NCBI GenBank assembly: GCA_016176465.1
Contig: JACOXD010000004.1
Location: 114,119 to 178,118, forward strand
Length of the DNA stretch: 64,000 nt
Source: Candidatus Daviesbacteria bacterium
Lineage (GTDB): Bacteria > Patescibacteriota > Microgenomatia > Daviesbacterales > UBA10151
Direction: 5' to 3'
Shown: positions 10,617-20,653 of the stretch, piece by piece
Numbering within the stretch: position 1 is the first letter of the stretch
Layout of the letters: every line of letters starts with the position of its first letter
Program-made: the position numbers and the translations under genes
The notes under the pieces: generated by a model
What the model was told of the DNA's origin: nothing
Databases searched by the model: none
The model's input: only the letters and a program-made list of their open reading frames with translations

Positions 10617-11984
10617 GTGAATAAATTTTATGTAACCAACTCTATACCATATGTTAATGCCAAACCTCATGTGGGATTAGCCTTGGAGTATACTCAATCA
10701 GATACAATTTATAGGTATCATAAGCTTTTAGGGGAAGAGTGCTTACTTCTTTGCGGTGCAGATGAAAATGCTTTGAAAAATGTTCAAGCTGCTGAAGCTG
10801 CTGGTGAAGATGTCCAAAGTTTTGTTGATAAAAATGCTAAATTTTTTCAGGATTTAGCTGAAAAGTTATACATCCACTTTGATGTTTTCCAAAAAGGAAG
10901 CGATCGTAAACACCATTTAGCTAGCCAAAAGTTATGGCAGCTTTGCAATAAAAGTGGCGATATCTATAAAAAATCCTATAGAGGTCTTTACTGCGTCGGT
11001 TGCGAACAGTTTTATACTAAGGAGGAATTAAATGAAAGTGGTGAGTGCTTTGAACATCCGGGTAAAAAACTTGATGAGGTTTCAGAAGAGAACTATTTTT
11101 TCAAACTATCAAAATACCAAGATAAACTCTTACAATTAATAGCGTCTGATGAATATCAAATCATTCCTGAATTTAGAAAAAATGAGATGCTTATCTTTAT
11201 CAAAAGCAGCTTACAGGATTTTAGTATTTCCAGAAGTAATGAAAGGGCTAAAAACTGGGGGGTGCAGGTTCCAGGAGATCCAACACAGCGAATTTATGTA
11301 TGGTTTGACGCTTTAAATATTTACCAATCAGGTATTGGGTTTGGATCTGATGAAGAAAAATATAACAAATGGTGGCCGGCTAATTTACATGTTATTGGCA
11401 AAGGTATTATTAGATTTCATGCAATTTATTGGCCAGCAATTTTGCTTTCTGCTGGGCTAAAGTTACCTAAAAAGTTATTTGTCCATGAATATTTCACTGT
11501 TAATGGTCAAAAGATTTCCAAAACCTTAGGTAACGTTATAGATCCAACTCCCCTAACTTCGCAGTTTGGTGCTGACGGACTAAGATATTATTGTTTAGCT
11601 AAAGTCTCCCCCTTCCAAGATGGAGATTTTACAATTGATAAGTTAAAAGAAGCATATAACTCTGATCTAGCTAATGGTTTAGGCAACTTAGTTTCAAGAG
11701 TTGCTAAGCTTTGTGAGAAAATTAATTTTGAAGCTCCAAAATTAGAGGAAAAATTTGATCCAGAAGTAAAGCAGTTACTTGAGGAATATAAATTTAATGA
11801 GGCACTAGCTTGGATCTGGGAGATTATTTCTATTGCAGATTCTAGGGTAAATGAAGAAAAACCTTGGGAAAAAGAGGGTCTAGATTTAAAAGAAGATTTA
11901 GATGAATTAGTTAGATTAATTCAACGTATTGCTTTTAATTTACAACCCTTTCGGCTCTTTTTCCCAGGATATAATGATATTTAA
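10617..11984 (+). CDS. metG: Methionyl-tRNA synthetase (3' frame break near 11950)
   Basis: PYVNAKPHVG (HIGH), YVWFDAL, KISKTLGN (KMSKS); native-looking LFPRI* end lies in another frame, ending at 11974. Confidence 0.95.
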   Translation: MNKFYVTNSIPYVNAKPHVGLALEYTQSDTIYRYHKLLGEECLLLCGADENALKNVQAAEAAGEDVQSFVDKNAKFFQDLAEKLYIHFDVFQKGSDRKHHLASQKLWQLCNKSGDIYKKSYRGLYCVGCEQFYTKEELNESGECFEHPGKKLDEVSEENYFFKLSKYQDKLLQLIASDEYQIIPEFRKNEMLIFIKSSLQDFSISRSNERAKNWGVQVPGDPTQRIYVWFDALNIYQSGIGFGSDEEKYNKWWPANLHVIGKGIIRFHAIYWPAILLSAGLKLPKKLFVHEYFTVNGQKISKTLGNVIDPTPLTSQFGADGLRYYCLAKVSPFQDGDFTIDKLKEAYNSDLANGLGNLVSRVAKLCEKINFEAPKLEEKFDPEVKQLLEEYKFNEALAWIWEIISIADSRVNEEKPWEKEGLDLKEDLDELVRLIQRIAFNLQPFRLFFPGYNDI

Positions 11985-12675
11985 AAATTTTTCTAATTTA
12001 ATTTATGCAGTCTCTACTATTAGTGATGCAAATATGTCTTTTAAAACCGGTCCAAAAGAGGAGGTTTTAGCTAATCGTCAAAGGTTTGCTCAAAAGATTG
12101 GGATTGAACCAAACTTTATCAGTGTTCATCAAGTTCATGGCAATAAGGTCCTAGTTGTTTCTAATAACGACTTAGGTAAGTCAGAAAAAGAAGCAGATGC
12201 CATAATTACTAAAGAGCCAAATATTTTTTTACTTATAGGCAGCGCTGATTGTTTGGCAATCTCTTTCTCTGATCCAAAAAATAAAACCATTGGCCTATCT
12301 CATGCAGGCTGGAGGGGTCTGGATAAAAAAATTATTAAACAAACAATTTTTAAAATGAAGCAACATTTTAAAACCGATCCTAGAGATTTAATTATTGAGA
12401 TCTCCCCATCAATTGGTCCTTGCCATTATGGCAACTTAAGTTTGAAAAATAAAAAATCCTGGGAAAAATATTTCAGTAAAGATGCAGATAATAGCAAGGG
12501 CCTAGATTTATGGCAAGCGGCTAAGGATCAGTTAACGAAAGAAGGAGTTCCAGATAAAAACATTGCCAATTTAAAAGTTTGCACTTTTGATAATAAAAAT
12601 TACTTCTCTAACAGAAGATCTAACTTAACAAAAGAACCAGATTCCCGTTTTGCTACAATATTGGGGGTTAAATGA
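11974..12675 (+). CDS. pgeF: YfiH/PgeF-family (purine nucleoside phosphorylase/peptidoglycan editing factor)
   Basis: HQVHG, ADC, HAGWRG, PSIGPCHY, YFS.RR; start at the TAATG overlap. Confidence 0.88.
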   Translation: MIFKNFSNLIYAVSTISDANMSFKTGPKEEVLANRQRFAQKIGIEPNFISVHQVHGNKVLVVSNNDLGKSEKEADAIITKEPNIFLLIGSADCLAISFSDPKNKTIGLSHAGWRGLDKKIIKQTIFKMKQHFKTDPRDLIIEISPSIGPCHYGNLSLKNKKSWEKYFSKDADNSKGLDLWQAAKDQLTKEGVPDKNIANLKVCTFDNKNYFSNRRSNLTKEPDSRFATILGVK

Positions 12676-13322
12676 AACCAAAATTAAATAAAGAAGAAAA
12701 GCTAACTTTAAACACATATAAAAAAATCGCTAGACAATGGGCAAGAGAACATTCAGATAATATTTGGTCTAAAGAGATCGCAATTTTTAAAAAATACTTA
12801 CCTAAGGGTAAAATTTTAGAAATAGGTTCTGGTGATGGTCGGGATGCAAAGCAGTTAATTAAAATGGGTTATCAATATATTGGTACTGATATTTCTAAAG
12901 AGCTTCTAAAAGTAGCTAAAATGAATAACCCAAAAGCTAAATTTTATAATCAAAGCGTCTATGAGCTAGATTTCCCTGATAATTATTTTGATGGTTTTTG
13001 GGCCTCAGCAGTACTACTACACATACCAAAGGTAAGAATTAACGAAGCTTTAAAAAGAATTCAATATGTAACTAAGAATAAAGGACTGGGATTTATTACT
13101 TTAAAAAGAGGCGAGGGCGAAAAAATTGTAGAAGAAGTTACAGAAACTGGAATGAAATATAAACGGCTTTTCTCATATTATTTATTGGATGAATTTAAGA
13201 AAATTCTTAAGAAGAATGGGTTTGATATCATAAAAAGTTCTCAGAAAAGGATGGGTAAAACAACCTGGCTAATATATTTTGTAAGAGCGATAAAAAGGGA
13301 TAAAAAATTGGAGCTATTTTGA
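12672..13322 (+). CDS. Class I SAM-dependent methyltransferase
   Basis: ILEIGSGDGRD, FDGFWASAVLLH. Confidence 0.85.
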   Translation: MKPKLNKEEKLTLNTYKKIARQWAREHSDNIWSKEIAIFKKYLPKGKILEIGSGDGRDAKQLIKMGYQYIGTDISKELLKVAKMNNPKAKFYNQSVYELDFPDNYFDGFWASAVLLHIPKVRINEALKRIQYVTKNKGLGFITLKRGEGEKIVEEVTETGMKYKRLFSYYLLDEFKKILKKNGFDIIKSSQKRMGKTTWLIYFVRAIKRDKKLELF

Positions 13323-13405
13323 TACAACAAACTGCTATAGCTTATCTGTGTATCAACTCCTAATTAATTTTATAAGTTTAGACTCTTAATTGATATAATC
13401 TTTTT

Positions 13406-14242
13406 ATGATTACTGACACTCATGCACATCTTTTTTGGGATTCATTTAAGAAAGATTTTGATGACGTTATAAAAAGGGCACTTGAGAACAAGGTAACTAC
13501 TATAATTAATGTAGGAACTGATCTGGAAACTTCTCAGGAGGCCCTTGATCAAGTTCAAGGTGAACTCTCAAATTTTCCAGAACTTTCAACTTACTCGACT
13601 ATTGGTATTCACCCGCATGAGGCCATCAAATACCTAGGTGATAAGAGATACAGGATACGTAATAAGTTAGAAAAAGACATTGAAATATTAGAACAAATTT
13701 ATAAATCTAATCCCAAGAAAGTAATAGCTGTCGGTGAGTGTGGGTTGGATTATTTTTTTGTTCCAGAATATATTCCCCCTTCCTTATCTATTGAGCAAAT
13801 TAAACATTTACAAGGAAAATTATTTCTGGCTCAAGTAAAGTTAGCTCATAAACTAAATTTACCCTTATTAGTCCACTGTAGAAAAGCTTGGGATGATATC
13901 TGGGAGTATCTTGATAATTTAAGTGGAATTATGCACTGTTTTAGTGGAGATTTAGAATCTGCAAAAAAAGCTATTAATATGGGGTTTTTAATCTCTTTTG
14001 CAGCAACCTTAACTTATCCTAAAAATGAAAACTTAAGAGAAGTTGCTCAAAAAATCCCACTAGATAAAATTGTTTTAGAAACTGATTGCCCATTCTTACC
14101 ACCCCAATCCAAAAGAGGACAGCGCAATGAACCATCATCAGTTTTAGAAATTGCAAAGTTAGTTGCAAATTTGAAAGGAATAACTATAGATAAAGTTGCT
14201 ACCCAAACTACAATTAACTTCAAAAATCTAGTTAAAGTCTAA
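13406..14242 (+). CDS. tatD: TatD-family DNase
   Basis: DTHAH, GIHPH, GECGLDY, HCR, HCFSG, LETDCP. Confidence 0.93.
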   Translation: MITDTHAHLFWDSFKKDFDDVIKRALENKVTTIINVGTDLETSQEALDQVQGELSNFPELSTYSTIGIHPHEAIKYLGDKRYRIRNKLEKDIEILEQIYKSNPKKVIAVGECGLDYFFVPEYIPPSLSIEQIKHLQGKLFLAQVKLAHKLNLPLLVHCRKAWDDIWEYLDNLSGIMHCFSGDLESAKKAINMGFLISFAATLTYPKNENLREVAQKIPLDKIVLETDCPFLPPQSKRGQRNEPSSVLEIAKLVANLKGITIDKVATQTTINFKNLVKV

Positions 14243-14299
14243 TTTTTCATTTGCAATCAACCTTTAAATTCCTTAAACTTTAGTGTACCTTCCCAAAAT

Positions 14300-16069
14300 A
14301 TGCGCTTACTTTTAAGCTTTTTTATAGGTGTCATCGGCTTTTTTTATTTGGGGGAATTATACAAAAGAACCTTCAAAAAACCGCCCCACCCTCTTCCCGG
14401 ATTACTCTTGATCTTGAGTGGATTTTTAGTCGGTTTTTGGGGTAAGGGTTATTTTCAGAAACCTTTAGATATTTTTATAGCTTTATTTTTACTAGGAGCA
14501 GGTGTGGGTTTAACTGCTTATCGCCTTTTATCTTCGCGCTATATTATCTCTGAGAAAGCGGAAAAAGGCTTTATCCACCGCCATGAAACTACACTGGAAC
14601 GATTCTTAGAAATTATTCCAGGAGCTTTAACTTGGATTGCACTCACCTCTCCTTTCTGGCTTTCCTTCACTCTACCTTTCGCTCTGGCTTATCTTTTAAT
14701 TATTGCAGATGTTTACTGGTTAATTAGCTCTGTAAAAACTGCTATATTAATTTATTTAGGATATAAAAAACTAAACTGGGCTAAAAAGCAACCATGGTTA
14801 GAAAAATTAAAAAAAGATTTTCCAAATGAATGGAAAGATTATTATCATCTATTAGTTATCCCAACTTATAAAGAAAATTTAAAAGTTTTAGCGCCTGTTT
14901 TTGATGCCATAGTTAATTCAAATTATCCTAAAGATAAAATTTTTTTAGGGTTAGGATTTGAAGCGTGGGATGATCCACAAAAAATTAAAGAGGTAAAAAA
15001 TTATTTAAAACAAGTTGAGAAAAAAATTGGTGGAGTTTTAACCACTATCCATGAACTTCAACCAGGTGAAGTTAAAGGTCCAGGTTCTAATCGAAACTGG
15101 ATGATTAAAGAAGCTCTAAAAGAGTTTGCAAAAAGAAAAATTGAGATAGACAAAATTTTTGTTACCACAATGGATGCAGATTTTGTGTTACATCCTGAGT
15201 TTTTAGGTGGAGCTTTGCATAAATATCTTTCCACCCCAGAGGAAATAAGAAATAAAAGAACTTATACAGGTTCGTTTCTCTACTACAACAACTATTGGCA
15301 AGCCCCAGCTCCAATGCGGATGATTGCTGTGGGAACTGCTTTTTGGCAATTAACAGAGATGCTATCATCCGATAAGTATCGGAACTTTTCTTCCTTTTCT
15401 ATTAACCTTAAATCACTACTTGATATTGGACTCTGGATGCCTGATAAAGTCAACGATGATTCCGGTTTTTATTGGAAAGCCTATTATCATTTTAAAGGAG
15501 ACTATAAAGTCATACCTCATTTTGTCCCGTTAAATGCTGATACTGTTTTGGATGAATCATTATTTAAAACTGTTATAAATCAATACCAACAATTAAAAAG
15601 ATGGGCTTACGGGGTGGAGTTTTACCCATATATTGTTAAAGAGTATTTTAGAAGATCTGATATTGATTTTTGGGATAAAACAGATAAGTTATTTTTTGCT
15701 CTCTGGGGTTATTGGAAATGGGGAACGTTAGCTTTATTTGTGACCTTTGGTGGAATACTAATTCCTATATTAAATCCCAACTATAAACAATCAGTCATTG
15801 CTGTTAATTTGCCCATCATCTCTTCCTGGATTCTAACTGCTGCTTTCCTTGGATTATCAGCAACTATTTTTGTCCATGAAAAAACAGTCCCTCCCCGCCC
15901 CAAAGAATGGGGGCTGCTAAAGCGAGCCTGGTCTTATTTGCAATTTTTACTCGTTCCGATAATTGTTGTTACCATCTCCTCAATCCCTCCTATACATGCC
16001 CAAACTTCTTTAATGTTTGGTCGATACTTAGAATTTAGGGTTACTAGGAAAGCCAGGGTTGAGGAATGA
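14300..16069 (+). CDS. Membrane GT2-family glycosyltransferase
   Basis: IPTYKE, MDAD, DD, QLKRW (QxxRW) motifs, flanking TMs. Confidence 0.85.
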   Translation: MRLLLSFFIGVIGFFYLGELYKRTFKKPPHPLPGLLLILSGFLVGFWGKGYFQKPLDIFIALFLLGAGVGLTAYRLLSSRYIISEKAEKGFIHRHETTLERFLEIIPGALTWIALTSPFWLSFTLPFALAYLLIIADVYWLISSVKTAILIYLGYKKLNWAKKQPWLEKLKKDFPNEWKDYYHLLVIPTYKENLKVLAPVFDAIVNSNYPKDKIFLGLGFEAWDDPQKIKEVKNYLKQVEKKIGGVLTTIHELQPGEVKGPGSNRNWMIKEALKEFAKRKIEIDKIFVTTMDADFVLHPEFLGGALHKYLSTPEEIRNKRTYTGSFLYYNNYWQAPAPMRMIAVGTAFWQLTEMLSSDKYRNFSSFSINLKSLLDIGLWMPDKVNDDSGFYWKAYYHFKGDYKVIPHFVPLNADTVLDESLFKTVINQYQQLKRWAYGVEFYPYIVKEYFRRSDIDFWDKTDKLFFALWGYWKWGTLALFVTFGGILIPILNPNYKQSVIAVNLPIISSWILTAAFLGLSATIFVHEKTVPPRPKEWGLLKRAWSYLQFLLVPIIVVTISSIPPIHAQTSLMFGRYLEFRVTRKARVEE

Positions 16070-16440
16070 TGAATTTATTTAACAAAATATTCAGTTTAGG
16101 GCTATCCCCAAAAACTGATCGGTTAAACCTTTATGCCTTTTTACTCTGTCTTTTTTTAGCTTTAATAACTTTAATCTTTTTTTTAATTAATAGGTCAGAC
16201 TTGCCTTTACAGCTACCACTTTTTTACTCACTGCCTTGGGGGGAAGGACAACTTATATTTCCTGATCAATTTTTAATTTTACCCCTTATAATTATTTTAA
16301 TAACCATGATTAATTCAATTATCTCTTGGCATTTACATGAGTCCCAACTATTACTTAAAAGAATATTGCTTATTAGTAGCGCTGCTTGCGCTTTTTTAAT
16401 ATTTATAACTGCCTTAAGAATTATTTATATCTATGTTTGA
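16066..16440 (+). CDS. Small membrane protein (DUF1648-like)
   Basis: LPLQLPLFYSLPWG between TMs. Confidence 0.6.
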   Translation: MMNLFNKIFSLGLSPKTDRLNLYAFLLCLFLALITLIFFLINRSDLPLQLPLFYSLPWGEGQLIFPDQFLILPLIIILITMINSIISWHLHESQLLLKRILLISSAACAFLIFITALRIIYIYV

Positions 16441-17557
16441 TATAAGTTTTTTTATCCAGCTTTTAATTCCAGCCTTTATGGCATTTATGCTAACTTTACT
16501 TGCAATTCCCATTACAATTAAGTTAGCTTATAAATACAAATTAGTTGATGATCCAAATTTAAGACCCCATCCAGCTCATTTACATAAAAAAATAATTCCC
16601 AGGGCTGGAGGTTTACCTATTTTTTTAGCAATTTTTATATCTAGTTTACTTTTTTTACCACTTGAAAAACAACTTTTAGGAATTTTGCTTGGGGCTTCAC
16701 TCTTATTGGTCGTAGGATTAGTCGATGATCGAATATTAAATTTTAACCCTTATTTGCGATTATCTCTTTTATTTATTGCAGCGTTTATAGCAGTTTCCTT
16801 TGGGGTTGGGATCTCTTTTATAACTAATCCATTTTTTAACTTAAACATTCCTTTTTTACCCTGGAAGGAGGCAGTAATTCCTTTTGAGCAAATTAAATTT
16901 TTTGATGAAATAGGTTTTTCAAGCGCTTATATTTTTGCTTTTTTACTAATAGTGTCTTTAACTCAAGTGATTAACTTTTCTAAGGGCGTTGATGGGCAAA
17001 TGCCAGGTCTTACTTTAGTTACATCTTTGACCTTAGGATTACTTTCACTAAAACTTTTTTTTGCAGGAGATCCTAATCAACTAAATTTAGCTAAACTCTC
17101 ATTTATTTTAGCTGGTGGCTCACTTGGTTTTTTAATTTTCAATTGGCATCCGGCCAAAATTTTACCTGGCTTTTCCGCCTCCACTATCTTAGCTTTTATG
17201 TTAGCTAACCTAGCTATTTTATCCGGTGCTAAAGTTGCAACTACCCTTTTAGTCCTTGCTATTCCAGCAATTGATTTTAGTTATACCATTTTACGAAGAA
17301 TTCTATCAGGCCGTTCACCAGTTTGGGGAGATCGAGGCCATCTGCATCATAAATTATTGGATATGGGCTGGTCCCATACACAAATTAGCTTGTTTTACAT
17401 AAGTGTTTCTGCTATTTTAGGGACAGTTGCGTTATTTGTTGATACCCAAAGTAAGTTTTTTGGTGGCTTGGTAGTAATGCTTATATTTGTTATTTTTATT
17501 TTATGGATAAATTCATTTGGGGGATTATCAAAGCGATCCGACCCAGACAATGGATAA
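16433..17557 (+). CDS. WecA/TagO-type polyprenyl-phosphate GlcNAc-1-P transferase (MraY family)
   Basis: PRAGG, GLVDD, GVDG, FNWHPAKI, DRGHLHHKL. Confidence 0.9.
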   Translation: MFDISFFIQLLIPAFMAFMLTLLAIPITIKLAYKYKLVDDPNLRPHPAHLHKKIIPRAGGLPIFLAIFISSLLFLPLEKQLLGILLGASLLLVVGLVDDRILNFNPYLRLSLLFIAAFIAVSFGVGISFITNPFFNLNIPFLPWKEAVIPFEQIKFFDEIGFSSAYIFAFLLIVSLTQVINFSKGVDGQMPGLTLVTSLTLGLLSLKLFFAGDPNQLNLAKLSFILAGGSLGFLIFNWHPAKILPGFSASTILAFMLANLAILSGAKVATTLLVLAIPAIDFSYTILRRILSGRSPVWGDRGHLHHKLLDMGWSHTQISLFYISVSAILGTVALFVDTQSKFFGGLVVMLIFVIFILWINSFGGLSKRSDPDNG

Positions 17558-18435
17558 AAAATTTAAGCTTGTTTGCGGGCTTAATTTTCTCCGGCCAACT
17601 TATTAGCAGCCAATCAGTATTTATTTCAATATATGCATTTTTAATTTTTTGTGGAATTACCTCTGCTACTTATTTACTAAATGATTTATTTGATATTGAA
17701 AGAGATAGGTTACACCCTTTTAAAAGTAAGCGTCCAATTGCATCAGGAGTGATCCCAATTCCTTTTGCTACTGCTTTAAGTCTAGGGCTAATTGTTATTT
17801 TACTTCCACTTTCATATTCTCTGTCTCCATCATTTTTCCTGGCTTGTTTGGCTTATTTAACTTTGCATCTTTTTTATTCAGCTTATCTTAAAACCGTCAT
17901 TTTACTTGATGTAATGATGATTGCTGCTGGATTTGTACTGCGAATTTACGCCGGTATGTGGGTAATTGATGCTCATTTAAACGTTTGGTTTTTACTGACT
18001 GTTTCATCATTCGCTTTGTTTTTGGCAATTGGAAAGAGGCGCTCTGAGCTAACTTTACTTCAAGGACAAGCGGCTAAACATCGCGAAACGCTGCTTCACT
18101 ATCCAGAGAATTTATTAGACATTTTAACTTCGATGTTTGCCACAGCTACTTGGATCTCTTATGCCTTTTTTGCCTTCTTGCAAACTCCTATTTCAGTAAG
18201 AGAAAGCTTAAGAGGAGTTTTTGCCAATCTTTCAATTCCTATTAATGAGGCTAAATATTTTATGATTACAGTTCCGCTAGTGATTTATGGCGTGATGAGA
18301 TATCTATATATAATTTATGAAAAAAAAGAAGGTGAATCTCCAGAGCGGGTTATTTTAACTGATAAACCGCTTCTTTTTACAACTATACTTTGGATTTCAA
18401 TGATTGTTGTGATAATTTACTATATTGGTGGCTAA
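17503..18435 (+). CDS. UbiA-family decaprenyl-phosphate phosphoribosyltransferase
   Basis: RPRQWIKN, NDLFDIERDRLHP.K..RPIASG, KRRSE. Confidence 0.88.
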   Translation: MDKFIWGIIKAIRPRQWIKNLSLFAGLIFSGQLISSQSVFISIYAFLIFCGITSATYLLNDLFDIERDRLHPFKSKRPIASGVIPIPFATALSLGLIVILLPLSYSLSPSFFLACLAYLTLHLFYSAYLKTVILLDVMMIAAGFVLRIYAGMWVIDAHLNVWFLLTVSSFALFLAIGKRRSELTLLQGQAAKHRETLLHYPENLLDILTSMFATATWISYAFFAFLQTPISVRESLRGVFANLSIPINEAKYFMITVPLVIYGVMRYLYIIYEKKEGESPERVILTDKPLLFTTILWISMIVVIIYYIGG

Positions 18436-19229
18436 AGTTTTTCCGCGTACAAAAAAGAAATATAACCTTCTTTGCTATCTTTTAATCTGACTTTGTACCA
18501 ATCAGGGATCTCCTCAAGTAAAATTAAAGTTTCACCTGATGATACCTTACTAATTTCATTACTTGTAAGGGAAGGTTTCTCTCTAACTCTTAGAAATCCG
18601 GTTGGGGTTGTTTTTATTTTAACGGACTTTGTTAAATCAACAGGGCTTGAGGTAATTGCTGTTAAATCAGCCTCAGAAATTGCCAAATCCACTTTTAAAT
18701 TTAGCGCATAACCCAAGGTTTTAGCAATTCTTATAGAGCGTTTTAAAAAATTATTATGTGATATCAAAAAAGTATGCTCGCCCTGCGCTAAATTATCGAT
18801 CTTAATCGGGGTTTTACCATAAAGTTTACCATCAATCTCTAAAGTAGCGCCTTGGGGTGTAGAGATAATAATTGCCCCTTCTCCTTCTTCTAATCCAATT
18901 ATTTCACCCGATGACTTGGCATTATTTTCATTAATCTCTCTATTAACAACAGTTAAAGTTCCAGATGTAAGTTTGACATATCCTTGCCAAGAGCCTTTAT
19001 CATTTTTAATGGTTATTAAATATTCACCAGGCGTATAATCTTCTTTTTGGAGTGGAGTTTTTCCTAATTCCTGATTATTAACTAAAACTGAAGACTCAGG
19101 TAGCGCCTCTACTCTTAATCCAGCACGGCTTTTAATACCAATAGCTTCTGTTAGTGGTTCATAGCCATACCTCACTAAAATGGCAATTAAAGCAATTAAT
19201 ACTAAAATTATAAACAAAGCTTTTTTCAT
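18432..19229 (-). CDS. PEGA-domain protein with C-terminal SH3b
   Basis: Two GKTP PEGA repeats; LRVREKPS..WYKV..EGYIS. Confidence 0.85.
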   Translation of the reverse strand: MKKALFIILVLIALIAILVRYGYEPLTEAIGIKSRAGLRVEALPESSVLVNNQELGKTPLQKEDYTPGEYLITIKNDKGSWQGYVKLTSGTLTVVNREINENNAKSSGEIIGLEEGEGAIIISTPQGATLEIDGKLYGKTPIKIDNLAQGEHTFLISHNNFLKRSIRIAKTLGYALNLKVDLAISEADLTAITSSPVDLTKSVKIKTTPTGFLRVREKPSLTSNEISKVSSGETLILLEEIPDWYKVRLKDSKEGYISFLYAEKL

Positions 19230-19383
19230 ATAATTTTAAATTATATACTGATTTGACTTCTTAAGGCTACATTTGATAAAATTAACTCTCATCCTGCCAG
19301 TCAGCAGGATTTTTTATGTTTTGCCCAAGGCAAAAAATAAAAATTGAGGATCACCTCGAAGCAGTTTGGGGGAAGGGGTTTAG

Positions 19384-20061
19384 ATGTTACTAAAACCCCC
19401 TATTATTAGATTTCCTAGGCTAGCTGATCTTTTAAGAATCCCTACCTTTTTAGCAATGGGGGGGATTTTGCTGCTTTTTTTGCTTAACTACCAACCTGCC
19501 TGGCAGTTCCCACCTGTTAAAAAAGCTAAAGTTTTAGCCCAAGCGGAGCCGGCTCAAACAATTACTGTTGCTAGCTTACCTATTGAATTTCAGCTACCCC
19601 ATCCTGGCTATTTAAGTACCCCATTTTCTTCCTATCATCCAGGGGTTGATATTGCCACGGGTTTAGGTATGCCTATTCATTCTATTGCAAAGGGAGTTGT
19701 GACTAACACTGGTTTAAATTTTTGGGGGTTAGGGTTATTTGTAGAGATTGACCATGGTTTTAATTACCGCTCTATTTACGCTCATATGGGGAAAATTTAT
19801 ATTAAAAAAAATCAAATTGTAAAGGAAACGGATTTTATTGGAGAGGTAGGTTTAACTGGATTTACCAGCGGACCACATACTCACTTAGAATTAATTAAAG
19901 AAGATAAAAAGATTGACCCACAAACTGTTTTACCTAAAATAAGGCAAAGCCCAGAGGAAGCTGACTTTAAACCAGCAGATACTAATTCCATCATTAATCC
20001 ATCTTTAACTGAAACAAAATTACCTAAAATTTTAAGCGCTAATTCTAATCTACTCCACTAA
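19384..20061 (+). CDS. M23-family peptidase
   Basis: HPGVD, YAHM, TG.TSGPHTHLE. Confidence 0.9.
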   Translation: MLLKPPIIRFPRLADLLRIPTFLAMGGILLLFLLNYQPAWQFPPVKKAKVLAQAEPAQTITVASLPIEFQLPHPGYLSTPFSSYHPGVDIATGLGMPIHSIAKGVVTNTGLNFWGLGLFVEIDHGFNYRSIYAHMGKIYIKKNQIVKETDFIGEVGLTGFTSGPHTHLELIKEDKKIDPQTVLPKIRQSPEEADFKPADTNSIINPSLTETKLPKILSANSNLLH

Positions 20062-20643
20062 TTCCCCCTCCAAAGTAGTAACAGGTCCTGTTACCCTACC
20101 ATATTGCTCTCTTTCCCTATTAATTAATCTCTCAAGTAAATTTTTGAATTCCACAGGCGAATCTACAAATTCTAAAATAATCTCATCTTTACTGGTACCC
20201 GCAGTATTAATAATGATTTTCCCATGCCTCATGATGAAACGGTCTATAAGACCTTGGTCTACCTCCATATGGGTGATCTTATCGTATAAAGCTGAAGTTA
20301 GCTTAACATTAAAAAACCCAATTTTTATAATTACTCGTCTGGTGGTGAGGATATAGCGATGAGAGTGATAGGTAAGAAGAGTTTTTAAATAGGCTATTAA
20401 AGATGCTCCTATCAATCCAATTAACAATCCATATCCTAAATTGCCTCCTAAAAAATACATCGCCCCTAAACCAAGTAAAATAAAAATAGTTCCGGGAAAT
20501 AGAAAGTAAAGTACAAACCTATGTCTTAAGTAATTGGCGCCATAGCCTGTAGCTATTACTAACTCCTCATCTTCTGCTAAAAACTTAGCAAAGGATTGTT
20601 TCTCTTTTTGAGAAGGACTGTCCTTATATTTTGGTTTTCCCAT
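20050..20643 (-). CDS. Bacterial PH-domain membrane protein
   Basis: YILTTRRVIIKIGFF..YDKI..G.I.I.TAG. Confidence 0.8.
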   Translation of the reverse strand: MGKPKYKDSPSQKEKQSFAKFLAEDEELVIATGYGANYLRHRFVLYFLFPGTIFILLGLGAMYFLGGNLGYGLLIGLIGASLIAYLKTLLTYHSHRYILTTRRVIIKIGFFNVKLTSALYDKITHMEVDQGLIDRFIMRHGKIIINTAGTSKDEIILEFVDSPVEFKNLLERLINREREQYGRVTGPVTTLEGELVE

Positions 20644-20653
20644 CTAAGATAAA

